Below are positions 12,565 to 24,930 of a stretch of 64,000 nucleotides of DNA, piece after piece. This stretch comes from Octopus sinensis (taxonomy: Eukaryota). The DNA lies in assembly GCF_006345805.1 (NCBI RefSeq), contig NW_021836301.1, positions 1 through 64,000 of the forward strand. Direction: 5' to 3'. The notes under the pieces are model-generated. The model did no database searches and was not told the origin of the DNA. It saw nothing but the letters and a program-made list of their open reading frames with translations. The position numbers and the translations under genes were made by a program. Numbering within the stretch: position 1 is the stretch's first letter; the number at the start of each line of letters is the position of its first letter.

Positions 12565-12937
12565 TACGCATACATATATTTATTTATACGCACGCACGAC
12601 TATTTCAAAACCACCGCCGAAATCATCAAAAGGAACGATTATAACAACTTTAACGAAAGTAATGCTTAGAAAATCAATCAGGAGGTTTTATGACTGGCGA
12701 GCTGGGGGTAAGAAGCATGGTCGTTAAAATAGCCAGGTTATTACTGCTGTTGCTATGGGCTAACTAACCCTCTTGCACAGCAACCTATATTAATAACAAC
12801 AAGGAAATAACTAGAGGTCATCCTGTTATCGGAATTTATGCTAGTGTAACGCTCTTTATTCTAACCGAAATAATCTGAAGTGCACGAAACAAATATAAAA
12901 AGCAAAAATACACAAAAAGAAGAATTTTGACAAACAA

Positions 12938-13352
12938 GCACAGGTGTGGCTGTTGCGGTAAGAAATTTGCTTCCCAACCGCATGGTTCCGGGTTCAGTAC
13001 CACTGTGTGGTACCTTGGGCGACTGTCATCTGCTATAGCCTGGAGCCAATCAAGGCCTTGTCAGTGGATTTGGTAGACGGAAACTGAAAGAAGCCCGTTG
13101 TATATGTATGTATATATGAATGTGTGTGTGTGTGTGTGTGTGCCTTTTATATATGTTTGTCCCCACCATCGCTTGACAACCGGCGCTGGTGTGTTTACGT
13201 CCTAGTAACTAAACAGCTTGGCGAAAAAGAGCGATAGAATATGTACCAGGCTTTAAAAATAAGTACTTGTGGTCGATTCATTCGACTAAAAATTCTTCAA
13301 GACGGTGCCCCTGCATGGCCGAAGTACAATGACTGAAATAAGTAAAAGATAA
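12938..13352 (+). mobile_element. SINE-A, full length
   Basis: Same head, internal microsatellite and tail as 12138. Confidence 0.9.
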
Positions 13353-13411
13353 ACACAAACCTCTAAACTCTTTATGTGACTGCGTGGTTGGTTGAGAGAG
13401 ATTCCTTCCCC

Positions 13412-13502
13412 TACCACGTGGCACTTTGGACAAGAGCCCAAGGTTGACCAAAGCCTTGTGAATGGATTTTGGAGATGAAAACTGAAAGAAACCTGTTGTG
13501 TA
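13412..13502 (+). mobile_element. SINE-A fragment
   Basis: gaccaaagccttgtgaatggatttt...gaaaactgaaagaaacc. Confidence 0.7.
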
Positions 13503-13583
13503 TGCATGCCGATTATATACATGCATATGTGCACATGCACGTTTGTACTTCTTTGTGTTGACATGCAAAGATAGGTATAAAAG

Positions 13584-13792
13584 AGCGAGCTGGCAGAAAC
13601 GTTAGAACGCCGTATTTCGTCTGTCGTTACGTTCTGAGTTCAAATTCCGTCGAGGTCGAATTTGCCTTTCATCCTTTCGGGGTCGATTAAATAAGTACCA
13701 GTTACGCACTGGGGTCGATATAATCGACTTAATAACTATGCCTGTCCTTGTTTGTCCCCTCTGTGTTTAGCCCCTTGTGGGTAATAAAGAAA
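13584..13792 (+). mobile_element. SINE-B with 16-bp TSD
   Basis: Flanked by ataggtataaaagagc at 13571-13586 and 13792-13807. Confidence 0.92.
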
Positions 13793-14437
13793 TAGGTATA
13801 AAAGAGCTTCACCACCATAGAAGAGGAATCCCTCGCTGCTAGTCTTGCGATTCTTTCCTACGGTATTCTAAATCAAATATCCATAATACCGGAGCTGTGG
13901 TCACACTTGCTTCTTTTTCTTCTATTTTCTGAAGACATTAGGTAGCGATCTGAGGGAAATTTGACTGCTATTTTTTGTAGTCGATCGACCAAGTAAGAAC
14001 AAAACAGCCACTTTGGTTTTCAGGTTGACTAAACTTCTCTTGGTTTTTATTCTGGGAGGCGATGAATGGAAGAATGAATAAGAGACTCAAACAAAGTGCT
14101 CGGTGATATTATAATTATTATTTTGTATGTGTAAAAAAAAAATCTTTCCACCTTTTTCACGCACCCTTGAACATTTACAGTGTCATATCTGAAATCATCC
14201 AAGCGTCGAGGGGACTCCATTAATAAACTAGCAAAACTCACAAGTGACTACTCCTTGTGTCTCCATTTCACATTGGTATGCGTTGTTCAGACTAAATCCA
14301 GCACAAAATATGTGGATGAAGACGTAAATCATTTTTTCTTTCCGGTTTGATTTTCAAAGCCTCAACCAGCTCGTCTTTGCAATACCTCCTCCTACCTGGT
14401 CTGATGGATGAATAAATTGAGCTTAAATTTGTAAATT

Positions 14438-14895
14438 GAGACATAAATCCAGAAATTCTGAGGGGACGGAATAAGCTGATAACATAGACCGACCCCTTTA
14501 TTTTATCGACGCCGGAAAGATGAAAGATAATGCTGACCTCGGTGGGATTTGAACTCACTGCATTTTGAACGAGACATAAAGCCAGAAATTCTGAGGGGAC
14601 GGAATAAGCTGATAACATAGACCGACCCCTTTATTTTATCGACGCCGGAGAGATGAAAGATAATGCTGACTTCGGTGGGATTTGAACTCACTGCATTTTG
14701 AACGAGACATAAAGCCAGAAATTCTGAGGGGACGGAATAAGCTGATAACATAGACCGACCCCTTTATTTTATCGACGCCGGAGAGACGAAAGATAATGCT
14801 GACCTCGGTGGGGTTTGAACTCACTGCATTTTGAACGAGAACAAGTACCGCTAAGCATTCTTTCCGACGCTCAAACGATTCTTCCAGCTCGCTGC
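14438..14895 (-). mobile_element. SINE-B with 133-bp internal tandem triplication
   Basis: Units start at 14438, 14571 and 14704 (gagacataaa...cattttgaac); SINE head (reverse complement) at ~14840-14895. Confidence 0.9.
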
Positions 14896-14944
14896 CTAAT
14901 CACTGCTTAGGTTAGAAACTGTTCTCTGACTTAATTTCATAAAT

Positions 14945-15165
14945 GGTTTCAAATTTTGGCACAAGGCCAGCAATTCTAGGGAAGGGTTTAAGTCAACACT
15001 GACACTAAACCCCAGGGATCAGCTCGTACTTCATTTTATCGACCCCGAAAGAACGAAAGGCAAAAATCGATCAGGGTGGAATTTGAACCTCAGAACATAA
15101 AAAGGTACAAGAAATGTCATAATTCACTTTGTGCGAGGCGCTAACGGTTCTGCCAACTTGCCCAC
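14945..15165 (-). mobile_element. SINE-B
   Basis: ttttatcgaccccgaaag...ggaatttgaac...gctaacggttctgccaac. Confidence 0.8.
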
Positions 15166-15689
15166 TTTCTTAATTGCTATAAATGAAATATATTCCATAA
15201 GTTTAGCAGAAATGCAATCCATTGTAAATCCGTAGTGATGACCTGTTTCTCATAACAATCAGAATATACATACATTATACATATACACACATTCGTTCTG
15301 AAATGTGCAGTAGGGGACGCCACTTCAACAGCTGGCTGACGTGAAGCCGCGTAAAGCTACGTTGATACCACAATGGAATTTTTGGATCCGGTTGGCTCCA
15401 TACCAAAGCAAGCTATTGTCCGCTTGTCAACGAATACAAGTCACCAAGCTAAAACCAAGGGACAGCTGCAACCATCCCAATATGTCACATCAATTTTCCG
15501 TTTTTTTTTTTTCCGTTTTTTTTTCTTCTTTTATTGTTGGCTGAGAATGGTTTATTCTTTGTGCTAGCAGTCTGGCATTTTCCTTTCATCTACTTGAGAC
15601 ATATCCATGATTTATACATGTACGTACATACGTATTTATGTATGAATGTGTGTGTGTGTGTGTGTAGAGGTGGGGGGTAAGAGCTCACT

Positions 15690-15822
15690 ATACAAATACG
15701 TGGACTTGAGTTCAGTCCCACCGCGCGACAACTTGGGCAAGTGTCTTCTGCTATAGCTCGAGACCGTCCAATGTCTCGCAAGTCAATTTGGTAGACGGGA
15801 ACTGTGTGGAAACTTGTCATAT
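15690..15822 (+). mobile_element. SINE-A head fragment
   Basis: gagttcagtcccaccgcgcgacaacttgggcaagtgtcttctgctatagc...ggtagacggga. Confidence 0.75.
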
Positions 15823-15835
15823 ATTTTATAATGCT

Positions 15836-15874
<39 letters not shown>

Positions 15875-15885
15875 ACCCACACACA

Positions 15886-16070
15886 TCGCCATGATCGACC
15901 GCTAGCTACTAAAGCATTTTTTATTCTCCGTTTATTTTCTCGTGTTCCTTTCTGTTGAAGAGCATAGGCTCGAAACGTAAAAGACTTTCTCACCTTCCCG
16001 AGCGTTAAACTAATACACCTGTTTGCTGTATACACACCTGTCTTCGTCTTTTGTTTTTATAAATTCCTAT
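15886..16070 (+). mobile_element. Penelope-pLTR-like short repeat (family P1) with hammerhead-like core
   Basis: Second copy at 23950-24150; lies between (CA)n and (TA)n. Confidence 0.65.
15948..15983 (+). ncRNA. Minimal type I hammerhead-like motif (variant core)
   Basis: cttt-CTGTTGA-a-GAGC-atag-GCTC-GAAAC-GTA-aaag: stem I cttt/aaag, 4-bp stem II, palindromic ACGT stem III, GUA cleavage triplet; core has U in place of A6. Confidence 0.55.
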
Positions 16071-16395
16071 ATATATATATATATATTGTAATAATAATAA
16101 TAATCCTGGGATGGATTTTATAAATATTTTAAGGCATCGCTACGCGTGTTTCAACAAACTGAGCTTAAATTTGTAGTTGAGACACAAAGCCAGCAATTCT
16201 GAGGGGACGGAATAGGTTGATAAGTTCCACGCAAGGATTATTACTATTATTACTATAATTATCCTACATAATATCGGCACAGCTCGGTGCCACCCCAAAA
16301 GACTGGTATGGCCGGTTGGCACCATTAGGCTGTAGCTGGCATAATGTAAGCTTTTATAGGTATATTCAAAACGCTTCCATAAACGAACTTAAATG

Positions 16396-16427
<32 letters not shown>

Positions 16428-16682
16428 GAGATACAGATAAGGAAATAATTTTATTCTCAAACGCAGGATAATGCTAATAATATAGCGTGAACAGGATAAA
16501 CTATCCATATTTTGCAGAAAAATCTGTCGGCGGCCAGCCATGGGTCTCGAACTCGCATTCCTGTGATTACGCATCAAAAATAAAATTATTTCCTTATCTT
16601 TATCTTGCAATACATCTCGACGCTTCTAAAGCAAACCTTGTTGACTTTGAACGCAAGTTGAATTTAAAATATATATATATAT

Positions 16683-16719
<37 letters not shown>

Positions 16720-17259
16720 GCATACAGAGAGAGAGTGTGTATGTATTAGCGTGTATTTTGTTTCTATGTCGAGTTATAATAAAGACAATTTTACTTTAAA
16801 CTGAAGGATTATTCAATACTTTTGGTAGTGCACGTACAGGTATTTTATTATTCATTAACAAGAAATAACGTTGACAGCGACTTCCAAGTCTCGGCTTGCG
16901 TAGGCATAGATAGACAGATACGCATGCGCGAGCGCGCGCACACACACATACACACACGTTCTCGAATTTCATAACTGCCGTATCGACAACCATCTTGTTT
17001 CAGGGGGCGATCGAAATACAATTCAATACAAGACACTTGGAAAATATATTGAGTCAAGATGGCAGTATTTCAATTTCAAACAAGACAGTTTCTGCACAGC
17101 CAAGCAGCTCCGACTGTGAATTCATAGTTTAAGTTTAGGGTATATAGCCTAAAGGTGAAGGGTTAAGATGCTGGCCGCTTTTGTGGGTACCTGTGGACCG
17201 CAAAAGTCAACTGTCACCGACATATAATACATACATATGTGTGTATATATATAATATAT

Positions 17260-17289
<30 letters not shown>

Positions 17290-17291
<2 letters not shown>

Positions 17292-17330
17292 CATACATGC
17301 ACACATACAGACATATTTACATATACATGC

Positions 17331-17377
<47 letters not shown>

Positions 17378-17452
17378 CATACATACAGACACATATATTT
17401 ACATATACATGTATATATATATACTTACAGACACATATTTACATATACATGC

Positions 17453-17483
<31 letters not shown>

Positions 17484-17545
17484 CATACATACAGACACAT
17501 ATTTATATATGCATATAAATATATATATATACATATATATACATG
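17290..17545. repeat. Compound microsatellite/minisatellite (acatacagacacatatttacatatacatg(at)n)
   Basis: About four higher-order units with variable (TA)n. Confidence 0.75.
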
Positions 17546-19292
17546 CAGTCACACACACAAACATACAATTCTCAAATATACAGACACGTTAGTATACGTA
17601 TACATATATATATAATATATATATATACTCACACATATACACATCTCTATACAGAAAAATATCCTAGCACAAACACTAAAGAAATTCTGCCGGTGTATAA
17701 TTACCAACAAGACATAAATCAAGTGTTTACAGAATAAACTCGGGTATGGGTGGACAGATATTTCGGGTGGATGTCAGCAAAATGTGGAGAGGACGGAGCA
17801 TGCGACTTGAAAAATAATGGCTTGGCTGTGCTCCTGAAGACGTTCCAGAGCGTTATTTATCCTCTCTACGCCCAGTCTCTGCCACTCAGTACCCCGTTCT
17901 CACCCACCGTTGCTCATCGGGTGTTTACAAGTATCTGAAGATTTGTCTATGGGCATGTGTGTTTATTTGTGTAAGTGTGTGTGTGCGCACGGGGCGTGGT
18001 TGTTTGTATATGTGTGTGTGTATGGATATATGCATATGCTAGCTAGCTCTATGTGCTTGAATTTGTGTGTGTATGCTACATATGTACTGTGTATATATAC
18101 ACACACATGTTGGGTATGTATGTGTGTATAAGTTACGCATGTATGCCGTGTATGTGTATTAATAATTGTTTGTGTGTGTGTGTGTATGAGAGTATGTGTT
18201 CATGTGTGCTCTCATCTGAAATGGTAGGCTAGAACTAGAAAGAGAGACAATACGGTATGCAATATATATTTGCATGTGTTTTCTAACATGTGTGTATACG
18301 CGTCTGGCTATATATACAGAACTAGCTATATAGCCACACACACACACACACAAACAAACAGATATGGCGGCCGTAGAAACGAGCAGAAGTGTGTCGTCTG
18401 GGTACAAGAAGAGACGATATATTTAAACACACGGACCGGAGTCTTTCACAAATTACAAATCGATCAATCACTCAAGAAGTTTTAATATGGATTGTTAAAT
18501 TTTCTCTCCTCTTAACCTCCATCCTCTCGTCTTCTCTCTCTCTCTCTTTTCTTTTCTCCATTCTTTTCGCTATTTTTCTGGGTTTTTCTAAAAATATTTT
18601 ATGATTGTTTCCCCATCTTGCTTTTCTTTCTTTCTTTTTTTTTTTTTTTTGCATTTGAAGTTTATTTTTTAAAATTCTTATGAAATGTTTCTCTTAAAGT
18701 TTTATTACCAAGCGGACCATAGAAATATAAGAGAAGAGAAGGAAAGAGCGAGCGTACAAGCATGGAGGGATGGGTGGGTATAGAGAGAGAGCAAGCGGAA
18801 GAGAGAGAGAGAGAGTGAGAAAGCGGTAGAGAGATGGCGAAAGAGTAAAGGAGATGGGCAGACGGTGAGAGAGGGAGAGACAGAGACAGTCACAATGGTA
18901 GAGAGAGTGTGTGAGGGAGAGAAAGAGAAAGCGGAAGAGAGTATGTGAGAAAGCAAGAGAGATACATAACGAGAAAGAACGAAAAAGACTAAGATAGCGT
19001 GAGACAGAGAGAGAGATACGGGAGAGAGAGAGATAGGGGGGATGGGGAGAAGTAATGATAATATGCAGGGCAGTGGTTGGCCGGTTAAGGTTTTTGTTGG
19101 TTGGTTGATTGGGAAAGTGACTGGCAGGAAAAAAATAGATTTGGTGTGGTTCAGGTTTTTTTTGTTGTTGTTTGTGTGTGGTGGGTTGCTTCAATGTGAT
19201 ACGGTAATGTTGTGTGGCGATTTAAGTTGAGTTTCAGATTTTGTTTGTTCGTTCGTTCGGTTATTGTAATGAAAGCATTGGGGTGTAATGTA

Positions 19293-19333
<41 letters not shown>

Positions 19334-20289
19334 AATACTGCAAAATTTTTTAATTTCGACATTTTTATGCAGAAAGAAATAAGTTACACATAAAGACGAA
19401 AAAAAAAAAAAAAAGAAGCAACGAAGAATGAAAGAAAGGAAAACAAAGTAAGAAAAAGAAAATGAAACAACATAAAAAAACACTGAAACATAAAAAAAAA
19501 AAAAAAAGGAAACAACGGGAAACAACATGGCTGACGTGTTTTCAAACAATAAAATGGCGTAAAATGAAATTGCGTATTAAATGTATGAAATAAAATTGAA
19601 ATATTTCAAGGAAAAAAAAAAAAAACTTGCACCGAACGTATTTTTGGTCCTAGGTAGTTTAGATAGCTGATCGTTTACTCCCACTCGCCATGCAGTAATA
19701 AATAAATAAATAAATATGACCCAATCTCTCTTTCCGCAAAAAAAAATAGCAACAGAAACAATCTGGAAAAAAAGCAGCCTCAATAACGACATCGAAAGTA
19801 TTTATAACAAAGAGTTTCACACGTCGATAATGCAGATTAACAATATAGATAATAATAAAGAAGTATGAAAGGTACAATAGCAACAACACCATAATTTATA
19901 TGTAATAATGTTGATTCATACCCGGGAGTGTCCAAACTCTACTAAGAGTACTGGAACACAGGCTACGTGGTGGGTGTCGGAATGAGGCGACTGACTAGGA
20001 GCGCGCTGATGATTTGACACGGCTGACTGAACATTGAATCTATTTTGGTGAGAGTACTTTTTGGTACCGGAGGCAACTGCACACGCGCACGCAAAAAATA
20101 TACACATACGGATAGGGAGAAGGAGAGAGGGACAGAGGGAAAGAGAGAAACGTAGGAAACATTAAAAATTGTGTGATGTCAAATAAGTCAGCCTCGAATC
20201 AGTGACGCCAAATTGGCAGCGCTAAAACGACTGTGCCGAAACGTTTCATGCCCCTGTAGGGTGTTATGGGATTCGATCTGTTACACCGT

Positions 20290-20426
20290 TTTCTTTCTAT
20301 AAGTCTGAAAGAGTGACAGCAAATTCGTATTCGGTGGAATTAGAGCTCAGAACGTAAAGACGGACGAAATGCCGCTATGCATTTTGCCCGGCGTGCCAAC
20401 ACTTTAGCTAGCTCACCACTTTAATG

Positions 20427-20457
<31 letters not shown>

Positions 20458-20895
20458 TGATGATGATTTCAAATTTTCATACAACGCCAGCAATTTTAGG
20501 GGAGAGCTAAGTCGATTACATCGACCCTAGTGTTCAGCTGGTACATGCTCTGTCGACCCCGAAAGGACGAAAGGCAAAGTCGACCTCGGCGGAATTTGAA
20601 ACCCTGCGTTCAACTGGTACTTATTTTATCTACCGCAAAAGGATGAAAAGCAAAAGCCGGCCTCGGTGGAATTTGAAATTTGAACATAAATACAGAAGAA
20701 ATGCCCTCAAGCATTGTGTTTAGCGTTCTAACGATTTTGCCAGCTCCAGGAGTTAATAACATCAGCCAGAACCAATAATATTATTTTCTATTCAAGACAC
20801 CCCAGTACGCAACTGGTACTTAATTTATCGACCCCGAAAGGATGAAATGCAAAGTTGACCTCGGTGGAACTTGGACTCAGAACATAAAGACAAAA
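20290..20895 (-). mobile_element. Cluster of SINE-B copies/fragments
   Basis: Repeated tcgaccccgaaaggatgaaaggcaaagtcgacctcgg-ggaatttgaa motifs. Confidence 0.85.
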
Positions 20896-21064
20896 GAACC
20901 AATAATATTACCAGCTCAGTATTGAACTCATCACTTTCCGATCGTGAGCTAAATACCTCTAACCACTAAGCCACGCGCCTTCACTTCAGCAACGATTATG
21001 ATTCGCCTAACACCAACTGCTATCGCCATCAACAAAAAGACCGACCATAAGAGGCCCCGATCAT

Positions 21065-21430
21065 ATAACAACAGCAATGCCAACACCACCACTAACAACA
21101 ACAACAACAACAACAACAACCAAAACCAACAACAACAACAACAAGACCATCACCACCTTCAAGAACAAACTTCATTATCATCATCACCACCGCCGCCACC
21201 ACTAAGAATCAATAACAATACCGTCAACAACAACAAAAGCAACAACGATAGTAACAAAAATAATAACACCGCCATCATCATCACCTCCAAGAACAAATTC
21301 TCCACCACCAACAGGAACCAATAGCAGCGAACAGCAACAAAAAGACCACCGCCGCCACCACCACAACAACAACAGAAACAAAATCCCGCCTTCACCACCA
21401 CTGTCACCACCACCAACAACAACAACAAGA
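21065..21430. repeat. Degenerate (AAC/ACC)n tract
   Basis: Cryptic trinucleotide repeats. Confidence 0.85.
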
Positions 21431-21991
21431 ATCACAATAAATCCAGCGAACATGTCTGCTGCTAAGATATTACATGGAATAAATGAGTCAATTTTAATAT
21501 AACAGTAACAAAGGTAATAAAACTATATTCTAACAATGTCTTCCTGTCTTTAACTTTCAAATTTTATTGAAGACACGTCTGTTTCTTCCAATAGGGCCTT
21601 CTTCACACTCTTCCCTAACACAGACATGGCGTTTGTGGCTCTGTGTATGTATATGTGCGCATGCGTGAGTGTGCGACCGTTTCTAAATTGACTCGTATGT
21701 GTATGTGTGTGTGTGTGTGTGTAAATGTGTCTACTAATATGTTATTACAATTGTGTACGTAAAGTGTATGCGTATACGATAGAGTTTGCGTATGTGGAGG
21801 GAAAGAGAGAAAGAGAAGGAAAGAGAGAGCGTATGCATGTGTCTATAAACGCCTGTAAGTTTACTGTTAGTGTATGGTTTGTCTATGAGTGTATGATCGA
21901 GCGTGTGCGAGTACATCTTGAGAGAGAATTTGCACATAAGTGCGCATCTAGAAATATGAATGAATATATATTCCAGTTCTGGTGTGTGTGT

Positions 21992-22028
<37 letters not shown>

Positions 22029-22094
22029 CATACATACACATATATATATACACACACATACATATAAATAATCTAGCCACTGTTTACTTAACTT

Positions 22095-22224
22095 GATAGA
22101 CAAACTGACAGACAGATAAGACAAACAGATAGATAGATAGATAGATAGATAGAGATAAATAGATAGATAGATAGAGATAAATAGATAGATAGATAGATAG
22201 ATAGAGATAAATAGATAGGGATAA

Positions 22225-22275
<51 letters not shown>

Positions 22276-22282
22276 TAGATAG
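22095..22282. repeat. (GATA)n/(GACA)n microsatellite
   Basis: Direct reading. Confidence 0.95.
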
Positions 22283-23152
22283 CCCACCTACAACACAATA
22301 ACCACCACCAAAGTCAATTTTATTATCCAAATTTCTCCAGTAGACAGCACCAATAATTCCATCACATTTTCATTTGCATCTGCCATTTGTCTTCGTCCTC
22401 CATATTCCTACAAAACTATTACTCACCACCACCACCACCACCGTATCTATCACCACGATGACTACTGCAATACCACCTACAAACATCATCACCGCCATCA
22501 CTACTACTACTACTACTATGACTAACCGCAACCACTTACCCAACATCACCTCCACCGCCGCTACTATAATTATTACTACTGATGTTGTTGCTAACACCCC
22601 CACCATCGCCGCCATTAGACCACTGTCGCCATCATTAAAACCGAGGTCGTTGTCGCCGAAGCTATCACCACCACCACCACCACCGCCGCCGACATCAACA
22701 ACAACAACACTATTATTACAAAGTTCATAGAACGTCAGTTATTAACCAAAGTGAAAAGAAATAATAAGAACTGCGATTTGATTAATTTGATTAATAAATG
22801 AATTCTGCCCCCGCTTCACTCCCCCCCACCCAACATTTAGTGCCATGAATTCCTAAACTCTTTTACTTATCACCATAAATTTCTACGCTCCCTGATTTAT
22901 CACCATAAACTTGTGTAGTAGGTGTGAACCCATGGGACACACTGGACACTTGCTTAGGGAGGGGGGGGGGGCACTTGGCTCTAAAAAAGCCCCATGCTAA
23001 TGCTACTGTGGTTATGATTCTCTCTAGTTGTCACACTCCATTACTTTACCTGGGGAGCTTACGATGCTCTTAACCATTTTGCCTGTCCTGAGTACCACGT
23101 GTGATACGCAGGATATCTTTCTCCTGGCGTCCATGCGTCGTATATAACACAC

Positions 23153-23534
23153 GTGAAGACGCAATTGCCCAGTGGTTAGGGCAGAGGACTCACGGTCGTG
23201 GGATCATGGTTTCGATACCCACACCGAGCATTGTGAGTGTTTATTGAGCGAAAACATATAAAGCTCCACGAGGCTCCGGCAGGGGTTGGTGGCGAACCCT
23301 GATGTACTCTTGCCCCACAATTTTCTCTTACTCTTTCTTCCTGTTTCTGTTATACCTGTATTTCAGAAGGCCAGCCTTGTCACACTCTGTGTCACGCTGA
23401 ATCTACCCGAGAACTACGTTAAGAGTACACGTGTCTGTGGTCTGCTCAGCCACTTGCACGTTAATTTCACGAGCAGGCTGTTCCGTTGATCGGATCAACT
23501 GGAGCTCTCGTCGTCGTAACCGACGGAGTGCCAC
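23153..23534 (+). mobile_element. SINE-C (tRNA-derived head, tail T1), full length
   Basis: gcccagtggttagggcag A-box, ggtttcgatacc B-box, tail ...gctgttccgttgatcggatcaac...gtcgtcgtaaccgacggagtgc; matches the reverse copy at 43611-43974. Confidence 0.92.
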
Positions 23535-23669
23535 GATACAACTAAAAACACGTTCCTATTGTTTTTGCAACTACTAGAACAGTGGTCCCCCAACCTTTAC
23601 ACGGTAGTTCCGAACAATGGTTCCCAAACCTTTTATTTAAATGAGTTTTCTCATGGACCTCTTAATATG

Positions 23670-23724
<55 letters not shown>

Positions 23725-23727
<3 letters not shown>

Positions 23728-23922
23728 GGTCCCGGTTTGAGTCGGGGTTAACCACAGTAAATAAGGTACTCAATACATAGCAGAGTAAAGTAATTTATTT
23801 TATAGAAGGACATTCTACAGGACTAGAACTGTTTCATTCAGATGAAATCTTCGAAGCTTCCTGAAGATTTCATCTGAATGAAACAATTCTAGTCCTGTAG
23901 AAGCTCCTTCTATAAAATAAAT
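23725..23922. mobile_element. Inverted (head-to-head) pLTR-like repeat pair (family P2)
   Basis: ~60-bp arms 23793-23852 and 23863-23922 centred on gaagcttc; CTGAAGA (23861) ... GAAAC (23880) in the arm; flanked by (TA)n. Confidence 0.6.
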
Positions 23923-23949
23923 ATATATATATACATACACACACACACA

Positions 23950-24150
23950 CACCATGATTGACTGCTAACTCCAAAAGTTTTTTTAAATTCTCTCTCTGTT
24001 TATTGCCTCGTGTTCCTTCTGTTGAAGAGCGTAGGCGCAAAACGTATAAGATTTTCTCACTTTCCTGGGCGTCAAACCAATACACCTGCTTGTTGTTTAT
24101 AAACCTGTCTTCGTCTTTTGTTTTTCTGTAAATTTCAACAATATAATATA
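23950..24150 (+). mobile_element. Penelope-pLTR-like repeat P1, second copy
   Basis: Colinear with 15886-16070; decayed core ctt-CTGTTGA-a-GAGC-gtag-GCGC-aAAAC-GTA at ~24016-24050. Confidence 0.65.
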
Positions 24151-24291
24151 TAGGAAAAAATACAGGAAAAAATGTCAATCTATTCTATCTACATGTGATA
24201 AGTGTATATTAATATATTAATCTGTGTGCATTGTGACAGTTACGTATTGATCGGTGTACAAGTGATGTGTACATTAAATTACTTATACATG

Positions 24292-24338
<47 letters not shown>

Positions 24339-24569
24339 TCTATATCTACATTGTGATGAAAGGAAGTCTTTACATTACTCAGAACGTATGAAACGAGGAC
24401 TAATTAAAAGCCCGAAGCATGGACTTTAGGACAAACGATTTCGTCAAGTAGAAGATTAAGGCGATAGATATGACTTGAGGGAAGTTTGGTTTTTATTTCT
24501 AGCGACTGCTTTAATGCTTCGTTGTTGGCTTGCTGTTGTTATTGTGGTTGTTGTTATTGTAGTTGTTGT

Positions 24570-24930
24570 TGTTGTTTACTCTCGGGTAGATTCTGACTGA
24601 ACAGACTTATGATCAAAAGTATTTTAATCGTGACCATCCGATCATTTTAATAATATATAAGATTACATTTTCCAATGTGTCCACCTTTTTTTTTTATTGA
24701 AGACAATATAGTGTGAGTTATGGTCATTTGGCTGCTATTTCTAACGAGCTGAATGACCATGTAGAAGCAAGCTCCTTCCGGTCAGCTCTGATTAAAGGCT
24801 GCCAACCGTGACTTTCCCGTAGGGAATCTAGTACAACATTATCCAACATATTCTTTTTAAGGTGTTAGGATGCGATTGAGGGATATTTTCATATATTTCT
24901 AGCAGATTGAGCGACCACACAGAGGTACCT
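24570..24930. mobile_element. Old interspersed repeat family (tggctgctatttctagcag...gagcgaccac motif), two copies
   Basis: Shared motifs with copies near 10380, 26410, 35600, 52770, 55660 and 60470. Confidence 0.55.
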
